Assembly (NCBI RefSeq): GCF_943371865.1
Contig: NZ_CALRWL010000017.1
Span: forward strand, 40,829-104,828
Length of the DNA: 64,000 nucleotides
Direction of reading: 5' to 3'
From: Azorhizobium sp. AG788
Lineage (GTDB): Bacteria > Pseudomonadota > Alphaproteobacteria > Rhizobiales > Xanthobacteraceae
The notes under the pieces are model-generated. The model saw only the letters and a program-made list of their open reading frames with translations. It had not been told where the DNA came from and ran no database searches. Below are positions 19,094 through 29,557 of this stretch, piece after piece (the stretch's first letter is position 1; every line of letters begins with the position of its first letter). The translations under genes were made by a program, and so were the position numbers.

Positions 19094-19728
19094 AGGCCGG
19101 CCCTCGCCAAGGCATTGATGGCGGCGGCGGTGATGGCGCTGCCGCCCAGCCGGCCACGCACGATGGCGAACGGGATGCCGCGGGAATCCTCCGCCAGCGC
19201 ATCCTTGGATTCCGCCGCGCCCACGAAGCCCACCGGCATGCCGAGGATGGCGGCGGGGCGCGGGGCGCCCGCATCCAGCATCTCCAGCAGATGGAACAGA
19301 GCGGTGGGCGCATTGCCGATGGCCACCACCGCGCCGGCCAGATGCTCGGGCCACAAGTCGAGGGCGGCGGCCGAGCGTGTGGTGCCGGTTTGCGCCGCCA
19401 GCTCCGGCACGCGGGGATCGCGCAAGGTGCAGATCACCTGGTTCTTGGCGGGAAGACGGGCATGGGTGACGCCATGGGCCACCATCTGCGCGTCGCACAG
19501 GATCGGCGCGCCCGCTTCCAGGGCGCCGCGGGCCGCCTCCACGAAGCCGGGGCCGAACACGAAGTCGCGGGCCGCCTCCACCAGCCCGCAGGCATGGATC
19601 ATGCGCACCGCCAGATCCGCCTCGGCGGGGGAGAAGCGCGACAGGTCCGCCTCGGCGCGGATGATGGCGAAGGAGCGCTCATAGATGGCGGTGCCGTCGC
19701 GCACATAATCGAACACAGGCGCGCTCAC
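19090..19728 (-). CDS. cobH: precorrin-8X methylmutase
   Basis: FDYVRDGTAIYERSFAIIRAEADLSRF...RMIHACG...IGNAPTALFHLLE is canonical CobH/CbiC. Confidence 0.95.
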   Translation of the reverse strand: MSAPVFDYVRDGTAIYERSFAIIRAEADLSRFSPAEADLAVRMIHACGLVEAARDFVFGPGFVEAARGALEAGAPILCDAQMVAHGVTHARLPAKNQVICTLRDPRVPELAAQTGTTRSAAALDLWPEHLAGAVVAIGNAPTALFHLLEMLDAGAPRPAAILGMPVGFVGAAESKDALAEDSRGIPFAIVRGRLGGSAITAAAINALARAGL

Positions 19729-21257
19729 GGGGCAGACTCCAACACGGCGAACTCCAACAGCGCCGGCCCCGGTGCATCCGGGGGCGACAAACGGGTCAAG
19801 GCCTCGGCGCTGGTCTCGCCGGGCCGCCGCGCGGCGGCGAGGGCCGCGGCGAAGCGGGCGAGGGTGGGCAACAGCGCGGCGACCGTCTGGATCGGCTGCG
19901 TTGCGTCGCCCGCTTTGCCCTCTCGCACGAGCGCGACCGTCTTGTCCATGGCATCGGGCGCAACGCCCACCAGGGTCAGGGCCGCCGTGGCGGGGTGGGC
20001 GCAGCCCTTGGGGCAGCCGGAGACATGCACCTCCAGCGAGCCATCGAGGATGGGTGCGAGGGTGGCCGCCACCTCCGGCGCCAGGGTGCGGGCGGGGATA
20101 TGAGCCGAGGCGCAGGCCGGGGCGCCGGCACAGGCGGCGACGAACCGGCGGGGGTCGTCCGCCTCGGTCAGGAAGCCGAGGGCGGCTGCGGCGGCACGCA
20201 GCTCCGCCGCGCCGGTCGGGGTGAGATGGGTCGCCAGCAGCACCCGCCCCGGCGCGGGGCGCAGATCGCGGGCGCCCGCCGCCTGGGCCGCGGCCACCAG
20301 GGTTTTCAGCGTGGCGGCATCCCCATGGCCGAACGGCAGGCCGATGCCGAGGGCCACCGTGCCGTCCGCCAGGGGGAAACTGGCGATGGGGGCGGGGGCC
20401 GGGTGTGGCTCAGAGGGGGGCAGGGCGGTCGCGGGTGCTGTCTTTGAGGAAGGTGTGGCGGATATGGCTGGCGCGCTCTGGGGGGCGGTCTCTTCCCCGT
20501 TCGGCGGCGCCATCGCACGCTGATGCCGAAGCGTCTGCAGGTCGGTGGTGCGCAGGACATCCGTCATCCGCGCGGTCGGACCGAGCTGCGCCAGCTGCTC
20601 CAGCAAATCCGCCACCACGGCGACGAGGCGCCCCTCCGGCAGGCTGCCGAGGGCGCGGGCGGTGGCGGCATCTCCGGCGAGGGCGATGGCCCATCGGGCC
20701 GGTTCAGACGTTTCGGCGGGCGGCGCTATCTCGTTCGGGGCTCCGCCGCTTGCTCCGAGAGGCGAGGCGGCGTCGGCCTCCGCAATCCACCGCGTCAGGC
20801 GGATGTCGGCCTTGAGGGCGGCCAGAGAGATGGCCCCACCATCATCGATCACCACAGAGACCTTCGGCCCCAGCCGCACCGCGAATCCGGAAATGGCCGC
20901 GCGAATCTCCGCTGCCAGCCGGCGCGCATCGCTCGCCGCGCCGGCTTCCAGCCCAGCCAAGGGCGAGACATCCAGCGGCACACCCTCGCGGGCGGCAATG
21001 CCCAGCCGGTTCACGGCATCGTTGAGCGGGCCGACGGTTTCCGCACGCAGGCCGCGAAGTTGCAGGCTGCCGCGGGCGGTCACTTCCAATATGCCGTTGC
21101 CGAACGCCAGCGCCGCATCGCACAGGCCGACCAACGCCTCCGGTGACAGCGCGCCATCCACCGGCACCAGGCGCACCAGCAGGCCGTCGCCGGTGGCCAT
21201 GGGGGCGGTCAGTGCCGGGCAGGCGCCGCGACGGGAAGGAGGCACCACGGCGGTCAT
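19725..21257 (-). CDS. cobG: precorrin-3B synthase (O2-dependent)
   Basis: RGACPALTAPMATGDGLLVRL N-terminus and a sulfite/nitrite-reductase-like Fe-S/sirohaem region (VSGCPKGCAHP). 510 aa, with Pro/Ala-rich linkers. Confidence 0.88.
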   Translation of the reverse strand: MTAVVPPSRRGACPALTAPMATGDGLLVRLVPVDGALSPEALVGLCDAALAFGNGILEVTARGSLQLRGLRAETVGPLNDAVNRLGIAAREGVPLDVSPLAGLEAGAASDARRLAAEIRAAISGFAVRLGPKVSVVIDDGGAISLAALKADIRLTRWIAEADAASPLGASGGAPNEIAPPAETSEPARWAIALAGDAATARALGSLPEGRLVAVVADLLEQLAQLGPTARMTDVLRTTDLQTLRHQRAMAPPNGEETAPQSAPAISATPSSKTAPATALPPSEPHPAPAPIASFPLADGTVALGIGLPFGHGDAATLKTLVAAAQAAGARDLRPAPGRVLLATHLTPTGAAELRAAAAALGFLTEADDPRRFVAACAGAPACASAHIPARTLAPEVAATLAPILDGSLEVHVSGCPKGCAHPATAALTLVGVAPDAMDKTVALVREGKAGDATQPIQTVAALLPTLARFAAALAAARRPGETSAEALTRLSPPDAPGPALLEFAVLESAP

Positions 21258-24200
21258 TCGGCCGCCTCCGCCCGCAGAGCGGCGAGATCCGCATCGATGT
21301 CATTGCGCCGGGCATGCCAGAGGCCGCGCCGGCGGGCGTCGGCGAAGCGGGCGGCCATGGCGGCGGCGGCCTTGGGGTTCTGGTCCATCAGGAAGGCGCG
21401 GACTTCCTCATCGCCCAGATAGGCGGCATGGAGGGCATCCAGCAGCGAGGGGTCCACGCGCCCGGTGGTCTCGGCGAACGCCACCAGCCGGTCCACCGTC
21501 TCCAGCAGTTCCGAGGCGCCGCGTGGCCCGTGGCGCATCTGGCCGGCGATGAACACCTTGGACACCCGGCCATGGACGATCCGCGCCAGAGCGGTGGCCA
21601 GATCCCGCGCCTTGGGGCGGGCGGGATCGCTGGTGTCCAGCACGATCAGGTCCACATTTCGGCCCAGCGCCTGAGCCGCCGCGGCGAACCCGCCGATGAA
21701 GGCGTTGTCCGCGCCGCCGTCCAGCAGGTCGCGGGCGGGATCATCGGCCCCATGCAGCAGGGCATCGGCGGTGGAGACCCGCGTGGCGAAGGCGCCGGGG
21801 GCGGGCCGCGCCGCCCCGTCCGCGCCGCCATAGCTGTGGGAGGTATGGTCGAGATAAAGCTGGCCGAGGGTGGCGCGCTCGGTGAAGGCGCCCCGCGCCA
21901 GATGGTCCTCGATGCCGGAGCCATAGGCCCCCGGCGCGGCGCCGAAGATGCGGGCGGGGTCCGCCTCCTGGCGCTGGGCGAGCGGGTTGTCGTCGCCTTC
22001 ATCGGGACGGGCGGCGACCGCGCGGGTGGCCGCATCCAGAAGGGACACTTGCGCCGGGAAGATGTCGCGGAACAGGCCGGAAATGCGCCATGTGACATCC
22101 ACGCGGGGACGCCCCAGAACCGCCGGCGGCAACACCTCGATACCCGTCACCCGGCCGCTGGATGGATCCCATTGCGGTCGGCAGCCCATGAGGCTCAGCC
22201 CCTGGGCGATCTCCTCGCCCCCCGTGCGCAAGGTGGCGCTGCCCCACAGATCGATCACCACGGCGCGGGGATAATCGCCATGCTCCTGGAGATAGCTGCG
22301 GATCACTTCGTCGGCGGCGAGGCGCCCCAGATCCAGCGCTGTGGGGGTGGGGATGGCGCGGGGGTCGGCGGTGAACAAATTGCGGCCCGTGGGCAGCACG
22401 TCCCGCCGCCCCCGGGCGGGCGCCCCGGCGGGACCGGCGGGAATGTGGCGGCCGTCCAAAGCGCTGAGCAGGGCCGCGCGCTCGGCTTCGCCGCTGAGGC
22501 GGCGCATGGCGTCGCCACTGTCGGCAGCGCCATAAATGTGCAGGCCGTCCTTCACCGCCATGTCCTTGACATCGCAGAGCCAGGCATCGATGCGGCGCAG
22601 GGCCTGGTCGGGGTCCGCATCGGCGGGAACGCCCGCCACGGTGGCAAGGCCGGTCTCGGCGGCGGTGTCGACGATCAGCCGGGCGAGGCGCTCGCGTCGG
22701 CGGCGGTCGAGGCCGTCGGCCTGGGCATATTCATCCACCAGCCGCTCCAGGCGCTGCTCGGCTTCGCTGAGGCCGGCGCCGGCCAAAGGCGGCGGCAGAT
22801 GGCCCAAGGTGACCGCCGCGATGCGGCGCTTGGCCTGGGCGGCTTCGCCCGGATTGGAGACGATGAAGGGATAGATCACCGGCAGCGCCCCCAGCACCGC
22901 CTGCGGGAAGCAGGCGGGGGTCAGCGCCACGGTCTTGCCCGGCAGCCATTCCAGGGTGCCGTGGGCGCCCATATGCACAAGAGCATGGGCATCGAACGCC
23001 TGCCTGAGCCAGAAGCCGAACGCCAGCAGAGCGTGGCGCGGCGGCAAGGCGGGGTCGTGATAATCGGCGCGCCGGTCCAGCGCCGCGCCCCGCTCCGGCG
23101 CCAGCGCCACCAAAGCGTTGCCGAAGCGGGTGGCGCGGAAGACGAAGGCGCCGTCCTGAAGTTGCGTGTCGGCCTCCGGCGGCCCCCAGGCGGCGTGGAT
23201 GGCGGCTTGGGTTGCTTCGGGCAAGGTGGCGAGGGCGGCGCGATAGGCCGCCAGCGGATAGATGGCGGTTTCTGTATCCAGGCACTCCAGGAGGTCGCGC
23301 GCATCGGCGGGGGCCTGGGGCACGGCATAGCCCTCGCTCGCCAGGGTCTCCAGCAGGGTGCGCACGCTCTCGGGCACGTCGAGGCCCACCGCATAGCCGG
23401 TGCGGCCGGGGGCACCGGGATAGTCCGGCATCAATATCGCCAGCCGGCGTTCCGCCTTGGGCGTGCGGGCCAGGCGCACCAAAGCCGCCGCGCGCGCCGC
23501 CACCTGGGCGATGCCGTCCGCCTCGGGACGGTTGAAGGCGGCGCTGAAGGCCAGCTCCGCATCCAGCGGCGCCAAGTCCTTGAACGAGATCGCGCCCGCC
23601 AGCACCCGCCCGTCCAGTTCGGGCAGCACCACATGCATGGCCAGATCCGCAGCCGCCAAGCCCCGCGCATTCTCGCTCCAGGCGGCATGCGCGGTGGTGG
23701 CGGGCACCACTTGCAGCACCGGCGGACCGCCGGGGGCGAACAGATCGTCGCCGTCTCCGGCCGCGAAGGCGGTGGCGGTGAGGATGATGTCGGGGGCGAT
23801 GTCGGCGATGGCCGCGCGCACAAAGCCCCGCGAGGCGGGATCCTTCAGGCTGGTGAGGAAGATCGGCACCGGGGTCAGCCCCTGGGCGCACAGGGCGCCG
23901 CAGAGGGCATCGATGGGCGCCACATCGCCCGCCAGCCACATGGAGCGGTAGAACAGCAGCAAGGCGCGGGGGCGGCTGGGTGCTGCAATGGAAACAGGAG
24001 AAGGGGCGTGGTGTGGGTTGGTGGGCGTTTCACCCCCCTCCCCAGCCCTCCCCCGCAAGGAGGGAGGGGGCGCGTGGCGTGGGGTGGAGAGGGCAGGCTC
24101 TTCTGCGCCGATCAATGCAGCTGCGCCCGACGAATCGCGCGCGCCGCGCTCCCCGATTTCACCCTCTCCCGCCTGCGGGGGAGGGCAGGGAGGGGGCGCC

Positions 24201-25423
24201 GCGCGCAGCGCGGGGGCGGGCGCGACATTGGCGGATGGTGCGTCGGTGGCGGGCGCTCTGCCCCCTCCCCAACCCTCCCCCGCAAGCGGGAGAGGGGGCG
24301 TGCCGCGCGGGGGTGTGGGAGCGGTGTCCGCAGTCGCGCTAGGCGCGGGAGAACAGACCGTGGTTTCAGCCTGGGCAGCGATTCGGGCCGGGTTTGATCC
24401 GGCCGCGTTCTCCGCGTCCGGAGGCGCGGTCCCATCCTGGGACAGGGGGCACGCCTCCGAGGTCGCCTCCGATGCGATGGCCTCCATCGTCGCGGCGGAC
24501 GGGGGAGAACAGACCGTGGCTTCAGCGTCGGCAGTGATTCGGGCCGGGTTTGATCCGGTCACGTTCTCCACGTCCGCAGGGCCGGTCCCGTTCTGGGACA
24601 CGGGGCACGCATCCGACGCGGCAGGCGATGGGAGGGCGTCCGGCGTCTCGCCCGGGGCGAGAGAACAGACGGTGGTTTCGGCTTGGGCAGCGATTCGGAC
24701 CGGGTTTGATCCGGTCGCGTTCTCTGTGTCCGCAGGCGCGGTCCTGTTCTGAGACTGGGGGCAGGCGGCAGCGGATCCCGCGCCGTTGGTGGCAAGCCGG
24801 CTGGCACCGGCCCGAGAAACGCCATGCGCCCCATCCGGTGCCCGCAGCACCGCCGCGCGATCCACCGCGCCGGTGCCAGGCCGATAGAAGGCGGCAGGCG
24901 GCACCGGGGCGGGCGGCGCGGGGTCGCCCGCATCGCGGCCCGCCAGCCGCGCCACATGCCGCAGCAGGGCGCCCATATTGTCCGGTCCGCCTTGGCGGAA
25001 ATAGCTCAGCAGGGCGGCCAATTCGTCCGTAGGCAGGGTGGAGAGATCGGCGAGGCGGGGATCGTCCTGGTCCTCGCCCGGCAGCAGCGCGAGCTTCAGG
25101 CCCTCCTGCCGGGCCATGTCCGCGAGACGCTCGGCGCCATAGCGCCACCACTCCAGCCCGCCGAGCATCCGCACCAGGATCACCTTGGCGTTGCGCGCCG
25201 AGCGGTCGATCCACAAATCCACCGACATGGGATGGCGCAGGTCTTTCAGTCGAACCAGGCGCAAGCTCGGGAACTGCGCCGACCCCTGCCGCCACGCTGC
25301 GGCAAGCGACAGGAGATCGCTGTCGGTGAAGGACAGCACCAGCACGTCAGCCGGAGGCAGGCGGAGATCGATGGGCTCCGCCAGATCCTCGATGGTGGCC
25401 GATGTGCTGGCGAGAATGTGCAT
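21254..25423 (-). CDS. cobN: cobaltochelatase large subunit CobN, carrying a repeat-built insertion of about 285 codons
   Basis: An uninterrupted 1389-aa ORF with CobN/Mg-chelatase H blocks throughout (e.g. LLLFYRSMWLAGD, HMGAHGTLEWLPGK, VLPTGRNLF, DLWGSATLRTGGEEIAQ). Codons ~198-484 are low-complexity and repetitive (see the repeat features). Confidence 0.95.
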   Translation of the reverse strand: MHILASTSATIEDLAEPIDLRLPPADVLVLSFTDSDLLSLAAAWRQGSAQFPSLRLVRLKDLRHPMSVDLWIDRSARNAKVILVRMLGGLEWWRYGAERLADMARQEGLKLALLPGEDQDDPRLADLSTLPTDELAALLSYFRQGGPDNMGALLRHVARLAGRDAGDPAPPAPVPPAAFYRPGTGAVDRAAVLRAPDGAHGVSRAGASRLATNGAGSAAACPQSQNRTAPADTENATGSNPVRIAAQAETTVCSLAPGETPDALPSPAASDACPVSQNGTGPADVENVTGSNPARITADAEATVCSPPSAATMEAIASEATSEACPLSQDGTAPPDAENAAGSNPARIAAQAETTVCSPAPSATADTAPTPPRGTPPLPLAGEGWGGGRAPATDAPSANVAPAPALRAAPPPCPPPQAGEGEIGERGARDSSGAAALIGAEEPALSTPRHAPPPSLRGRAGEGGETPTNPHHAPSPVSIAAPSRPRALLLFYRSMWLAGDVAPIDALCGALCAQGLTPVPIFLTSLKDPASRGFVRAAIADIAPDIILTATAFAAGDGDDLFAPGGPPVLQVVPATTAHAAWSENARGLAAADLAMHVVLPELDGRVLAGAISFKDLAPLDAELAFSAAFNRPEADGIAQVAARAAALVRLARTPKAERRLAILMPDYPGAPGRTGYAVGLDVPESVRTLLETLASEGYAVPQAPADARDLLECLDTETAIYPLAAYRAALATLPEATQAAIHAAWGPPEADTQLQDGAFVFRATRFGNALVALAPERGAALDRRADYHDPALPPRHALLAFGFWLRQAFDAHALVHMGAHGTLEWLPGKTVALTPACFPQAVLGALPVIYPFIVSNPGEAAQAKRRIAAVTLGHLPPPLAGAGLSEAEQRLERLVDEYAQADGLDRRRRERLARLIVDTAAETGLATVAGVPADADPDQALRRIDAWLCDVKDMAVKDGLHIYGAADSGDAMRRLSGEAERAALLSALDGRHIPAGPAGAPARGRRDVLPTGRNLFTADPRAIPTPTALDLGRLAADEVIRSYLQEHGDYPRAVVIDLWGSATLRTGGEEIAQGLSLMGCRPQWDPSSGRVTGIEVLPPAVLGRPRVDVTWRISGLFRDIFPAQVSLLDAATRAVAARPDEGDDNPLAQRQEADPARIFGAAPGAYGSGIEDHLARGAFTERATLGQLYLDHTSHSYGGADGAARPAPGAFATRVSTADALLHGADDPARDLLDGGADNAFIGGFAAAAQALGRNVDLIVLDTSDPARPKARDLATALARIVHGRVSKVFIAGQMRHGPRGASELLETVDRLVAFAETTGRVDPSLLDALHAAYLGDEEVRAFLMDQNPKAAAAMAARFADARRRGLWHARRNDIDADLAALRAEAAE
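24031..24300. repeat. three REP-like GC-rich imperfect palindromic units inside cobN
   Basis: The units lie at 24031-24096, 24161-24198 and 24259-24300. They share CCCTC(C/T)CCCGC-(aag/ctg)-GGGAG(A/G)GGGG architecture. They are translated by cobN as PPPSLRGRAGEGG, PPCPPPQAGEGE and PPLPLAGEGWGGG. Confidence 0.75.
24349..24770. repeat. tandem repeat, 156-bp unit, about 2.7 copies, in-frame in cobN
   Basis: Units start at 24349, 24505 and 24661 with GAGAACAGAC(C/G)GTGG(T/C)TTC.... The first ~105 nt of each unit are well conserved and the rest diverged. Each contains the small hairpin GGCCGG-gtttgat-CCGG(C/T)C. They encode 52-aa modules ACPxSQxxTxPxDxENxxGSNPxRIxAxAExTVCS. Confidence 0.9.
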
Positions 25424-25426
25424 GGA

Positions 25427-26467
25427 TCAGCCCAGCAAGGCCCGTTCCACGGCGGCGCGGTCGAAGCCCTTCAGCCCGATCACCACCAGCGCGCCGGCGC
25501 GGGTTTCGTCCGAGCGCCAGGGGCGGTCGAAATGGTGCGAGACGCGGGGGCCGACGCCCTGCACCAGCAGCCGCAGCGGCTTGCCGGAGACGGCGGCAAA
25601 GCCCTTCACCCGCAGCACGTCGGGCGCCTCGGCGGCGGCGGAGACGCGGGCGGCCAGCGCCACCGGGTCGGCGATCTCGGGCAAGGTCACGACAAAGCTG
25701 TCGAAATCGTCGTGGTCGTGGTCCAGTTCGTCGTCATGATGGGTCTTGCGGGCGTCGATCTGGTCCTCGGTGCCGACGCCGAGGCCGAGCATGACGCTGG
25801 CATCCACCTTGCCGCCGGTGGCGCGGATCACGCTCACCGCGCGGGGCAAAGCGGCGGCGACCATGGTGCCGGCCTTGTCGGCGGCGGCGGCATCCATCAG
25901 GTCGGACTTGGAGATGATGACGAGATCGGCGCAGGCGATCTGGTCCTCGAACACCTCTTCCACGGGATCGTCATGGTCCAGGCTGTCATCGGCGGCGCGC
26001 TGGGCGGCCAAGGCGTCGAGGTCATGGGCGACGCGGCCGGCGGCCAGCGCCGGGCCGTCCACCACCGCCACCACGCCGTCCACGGTCACCCGGCTCTTGA
26101 TGGCGGGCCACTGGAAGGCCTGCACGAGGGGCTTGGGCAGCGCGAGGCCCGAGGTCTCGATCAGGATGTGGTCGACGCCGCGGGACAGGATGAGATCCAG
26201 CGCCGGCACAAAGTCGTCGGCGACCGTGCAGCACAGGCAGCCGTTGGACAGTTCGACGATATTGTCCTCCGGGCAGGCCTCGATGCCGCAACCTTTGAGG
26301 ATCTCGCCATCGATGCCCACATCGCCGAACTCATTGACGATCACCGCCAGGCGCTTGCCGTTGGCATTTTCCAGCAGGTGGCGGATCAGCGTGGTCTTCC
26401 CCGCCCCCAGAAATCCGGTGACGATGGTGCAGGGAATGCGGGCGAGGGACGGGGCGGGAGAGGTCAT
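25427..26467 (-). CDS. cobW: cobalamin biosynthesis GTPase/metallochaperone CobW
   Basis: PCTIVTGFLGAGKTTLIRHLL P-loop, GCLCCTV (CxCC) metal motif, and a His/Asp-rich stretch HHDDELDHDHDD. Confidence 0.93.
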   Translation of the reverse strand: MTSPAPSLARIPCTIVTGFLGAGKTTLIRHLLENANGKRLAVIVNEFGDVGIDGEILKGCGIEACPEDNIVELSNGCLCCTVADDFVPALDLILSRGVDHILIETSGLALPKPLVQAFQWPAIKSRVTVDGVVAVVDGPALAAGRVAHDLDALAAQRAADDSLDHDDPVEEVFEDQIACADLVIISKSDLMDAAAADKAGTMVAAALPRAVSVIRATGGKVDASVMLGLGVGTEDQIDARKTHHDDELDHDHDDFDSFVVTLPEIADPVALAARVSAAAEAPDVLRVKGFAAVSGKPLRLLVQGVGPRVSHHFDRPWRSDETRAGALVVIGLKGFDRAAVERALLG

Positions 26468-26493
26468 GAAAGCTCCGGGAGAAAATTGGGAAT

Positions 26494-26931
26494 TCAGGAG
26501 GCGGGCGGCGAGACCGCCAGCGGCGGAACGCGCGCCACCATGTTGCGCTTGAGCACGTCGGGCCGTCCGCGCCAGGGCAGGATGCCGTCGGTGGAGGTGA
26601 GGAACAGGCGGGCGCCGGTGAGGAGATCCTCACCGGAGGTGGGGGCGAGGTCGCCGAACACATAGGTCCAGCCATCACGATGGATCAGCGCTGCGCTGAG
26701 ACCACGCTTGCAATTGCCCAGGCATTTGACCGGCTGCACGGCCACCTGATCCAGCGTGGCGTCACCGGTGGCGAGCGCCTGAAGCGCCTCGAACAGATCC
26801 GAACCGGCGGGGGGCATGTCAGGTGCGGCGTCGGCCACCTTGCAGGTGGTGCAGACGAACAGGGTGACCGGGGGGATCTCGATGGCCGGGGCCTGCGTTG
26901 CCGCGGCTTGCGGTGCGTCGGCGGCGGACAT
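26494..26931 (-). CDS. DUF1636-family metal-binding (thioredoxin-like ferredoxin fold) protein, first gene of the cob operon
   Basis: VTLFVCTTC...VKCLGNCKRGLSAALIHRDGWTYVFGDL matches the DUF1636 proteins that commonly precede cobW. Start set at the ATG at 26931, because the upstream part of the track ORF overlaps the riboswitch. Confidence 0.78.
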   Translation of the reverse strand: MSAADAPQAAATQAPAIEIPPVTLFVCTTCKVADAAPDMPPAGSDLFEALQALATGDATLDQVAVQPVKCLGNCKRGLSAALIHRDGWTYVFGDLAPTSGEDLLTGARLFLTSTDGILPWRGRPDVLKRNMVARVPPLAVSPPAS

Positions 26932-27104
26932 CAAAGCCGCGCTCGGCTGGGCCGCATCGTCGCGCAAGGACGCGCTGTCCTGCGGTAGGGCCGAATCACG
27001 CGGGTCGATCAGATCGTGCTGCTGCAAGGCGCGCAGGTCCACGGGTGCAGCAGGCCCGCACGCGGGCCAAAAGGGCGCTTTGCCAGGGCACCCCGCCCGG
27101 CGCA

Positions 27105-27315
27105 CTCCTCATCGATGGCAGGTCTCCTGGCTGGCGGGTCGTGACCGTGTGCCGCCTTCCCGGAGCCCGGAACATCCGGGCGTCCAGTGGCTTGTGGCAC
27201 GGGCTCACCGCCTACAGTTGCGGGGGCAGCTGCGGTTGATGGATCAGATCCAGTCCGCATTCCCTTTTCACCCGGCGACGCGAAACGCTCACGCGACCGG
27301 GACCATCGATGGCGC
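27105..27315 (-). promoter_or_regulatory. cobalamin (AdoCbl) riboswitch
   Basis: The minus strand reads GCCATCGATGG...GGGTGAAAAGGGAATGCGG...GCTGCCCCCGCAACTGTAGGCGGTGAGCC...GCCACTGG...GGGAAGGCGG...AGCCAGGAGACCTGCCATCGATG. These are all the conserved blocks of the cobalamin riboswitch family, including the B12 box (plus-strand 27117-27132) and P1 closing helices. It lies upstream of a cob operon. Confidence 0.92.
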
Positions 27316-27316
27316 C

Positions 27317-27345
27317 ACTAAAGGGCCGGGGGGCCGGGATGTCAA
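27317..27345 (-). promoter_or_regulatory. candidate sigma-70-type promoter for the riboswitch-cob operon
   Basis: Minus strand TTGACA (27345-27340), a 17-nt spacer, then TTTAGT (27322-27317). This places a transcription start a few nt before riboswitch helix P1. Confidence 0.4.
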
Positions 27346-27356
27346 TGAACCGGCTC

Positions 27357-29440
<2,084 letters not shown>

Positions 29441-29557
29441 CTAACACAGCGCAACCGGCCTCGCCACGGAGCGAATTTGAATTCCGCCTTGACAGGGCCA
29501 TAGGCTTTGGCCAATGGAGCACCCTCCTTTTACAATGAGCCCCCGAGGATCTTTGCC

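Noticed and set aside
20382-20522. Pro/Ala/Ser-rich stretch of about 47 codons in CobG (APPNGEETAPQSAPAISATPSSKTAPATALPPSEPHPAPAP), plus a shorter one near codons 163-188.
   Set aside because: It sits between the two sulfite-reductase-like halves, where a flexible linker is expected. It has no repeat structure or nucleotide-level similarity to the cobN elements. It is probably just a lineage-specific linker.
21143-24397. A very long plus-strand ORF (1084 aa) antisense to cobN. Similar giants lie at 1773-3353(-), 6319-8640(+), 25427-region(+), 38886-41492(-), 53064-55325(-), 58295-59719(-) and 60640-63750(-).
   Set aside because: All lie opposite genes with strong family signatures. Their translations are Arg/Gly/His/Pro/Ala-rich with no motifs. 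Stop-free antisense frames of this kind are expected in high-GC DNA. I treat them as shadow ORFs.
24349-24770. Regularly spaced repeats examined as a possible CRISPR array. The same check was made for the 14-bp repeats at 34177-34218.
   Set aside because: The repeats are contiguous, with no unique spacers. The 156-bp unit is far too long and lies inside a coding frame. No cas genes are present in the window.
23972-24832. Could the cobN insertion be an intein or an inserted mobile gene?
   Set aside because: There are no intein splicing blocks, no nucleophile-plus-terminal His-Asn pattern, and no homing endonuclease motifs. The segment is low-complexity, made of REP-like units and tandem repeats, and has no separate ORF signals.
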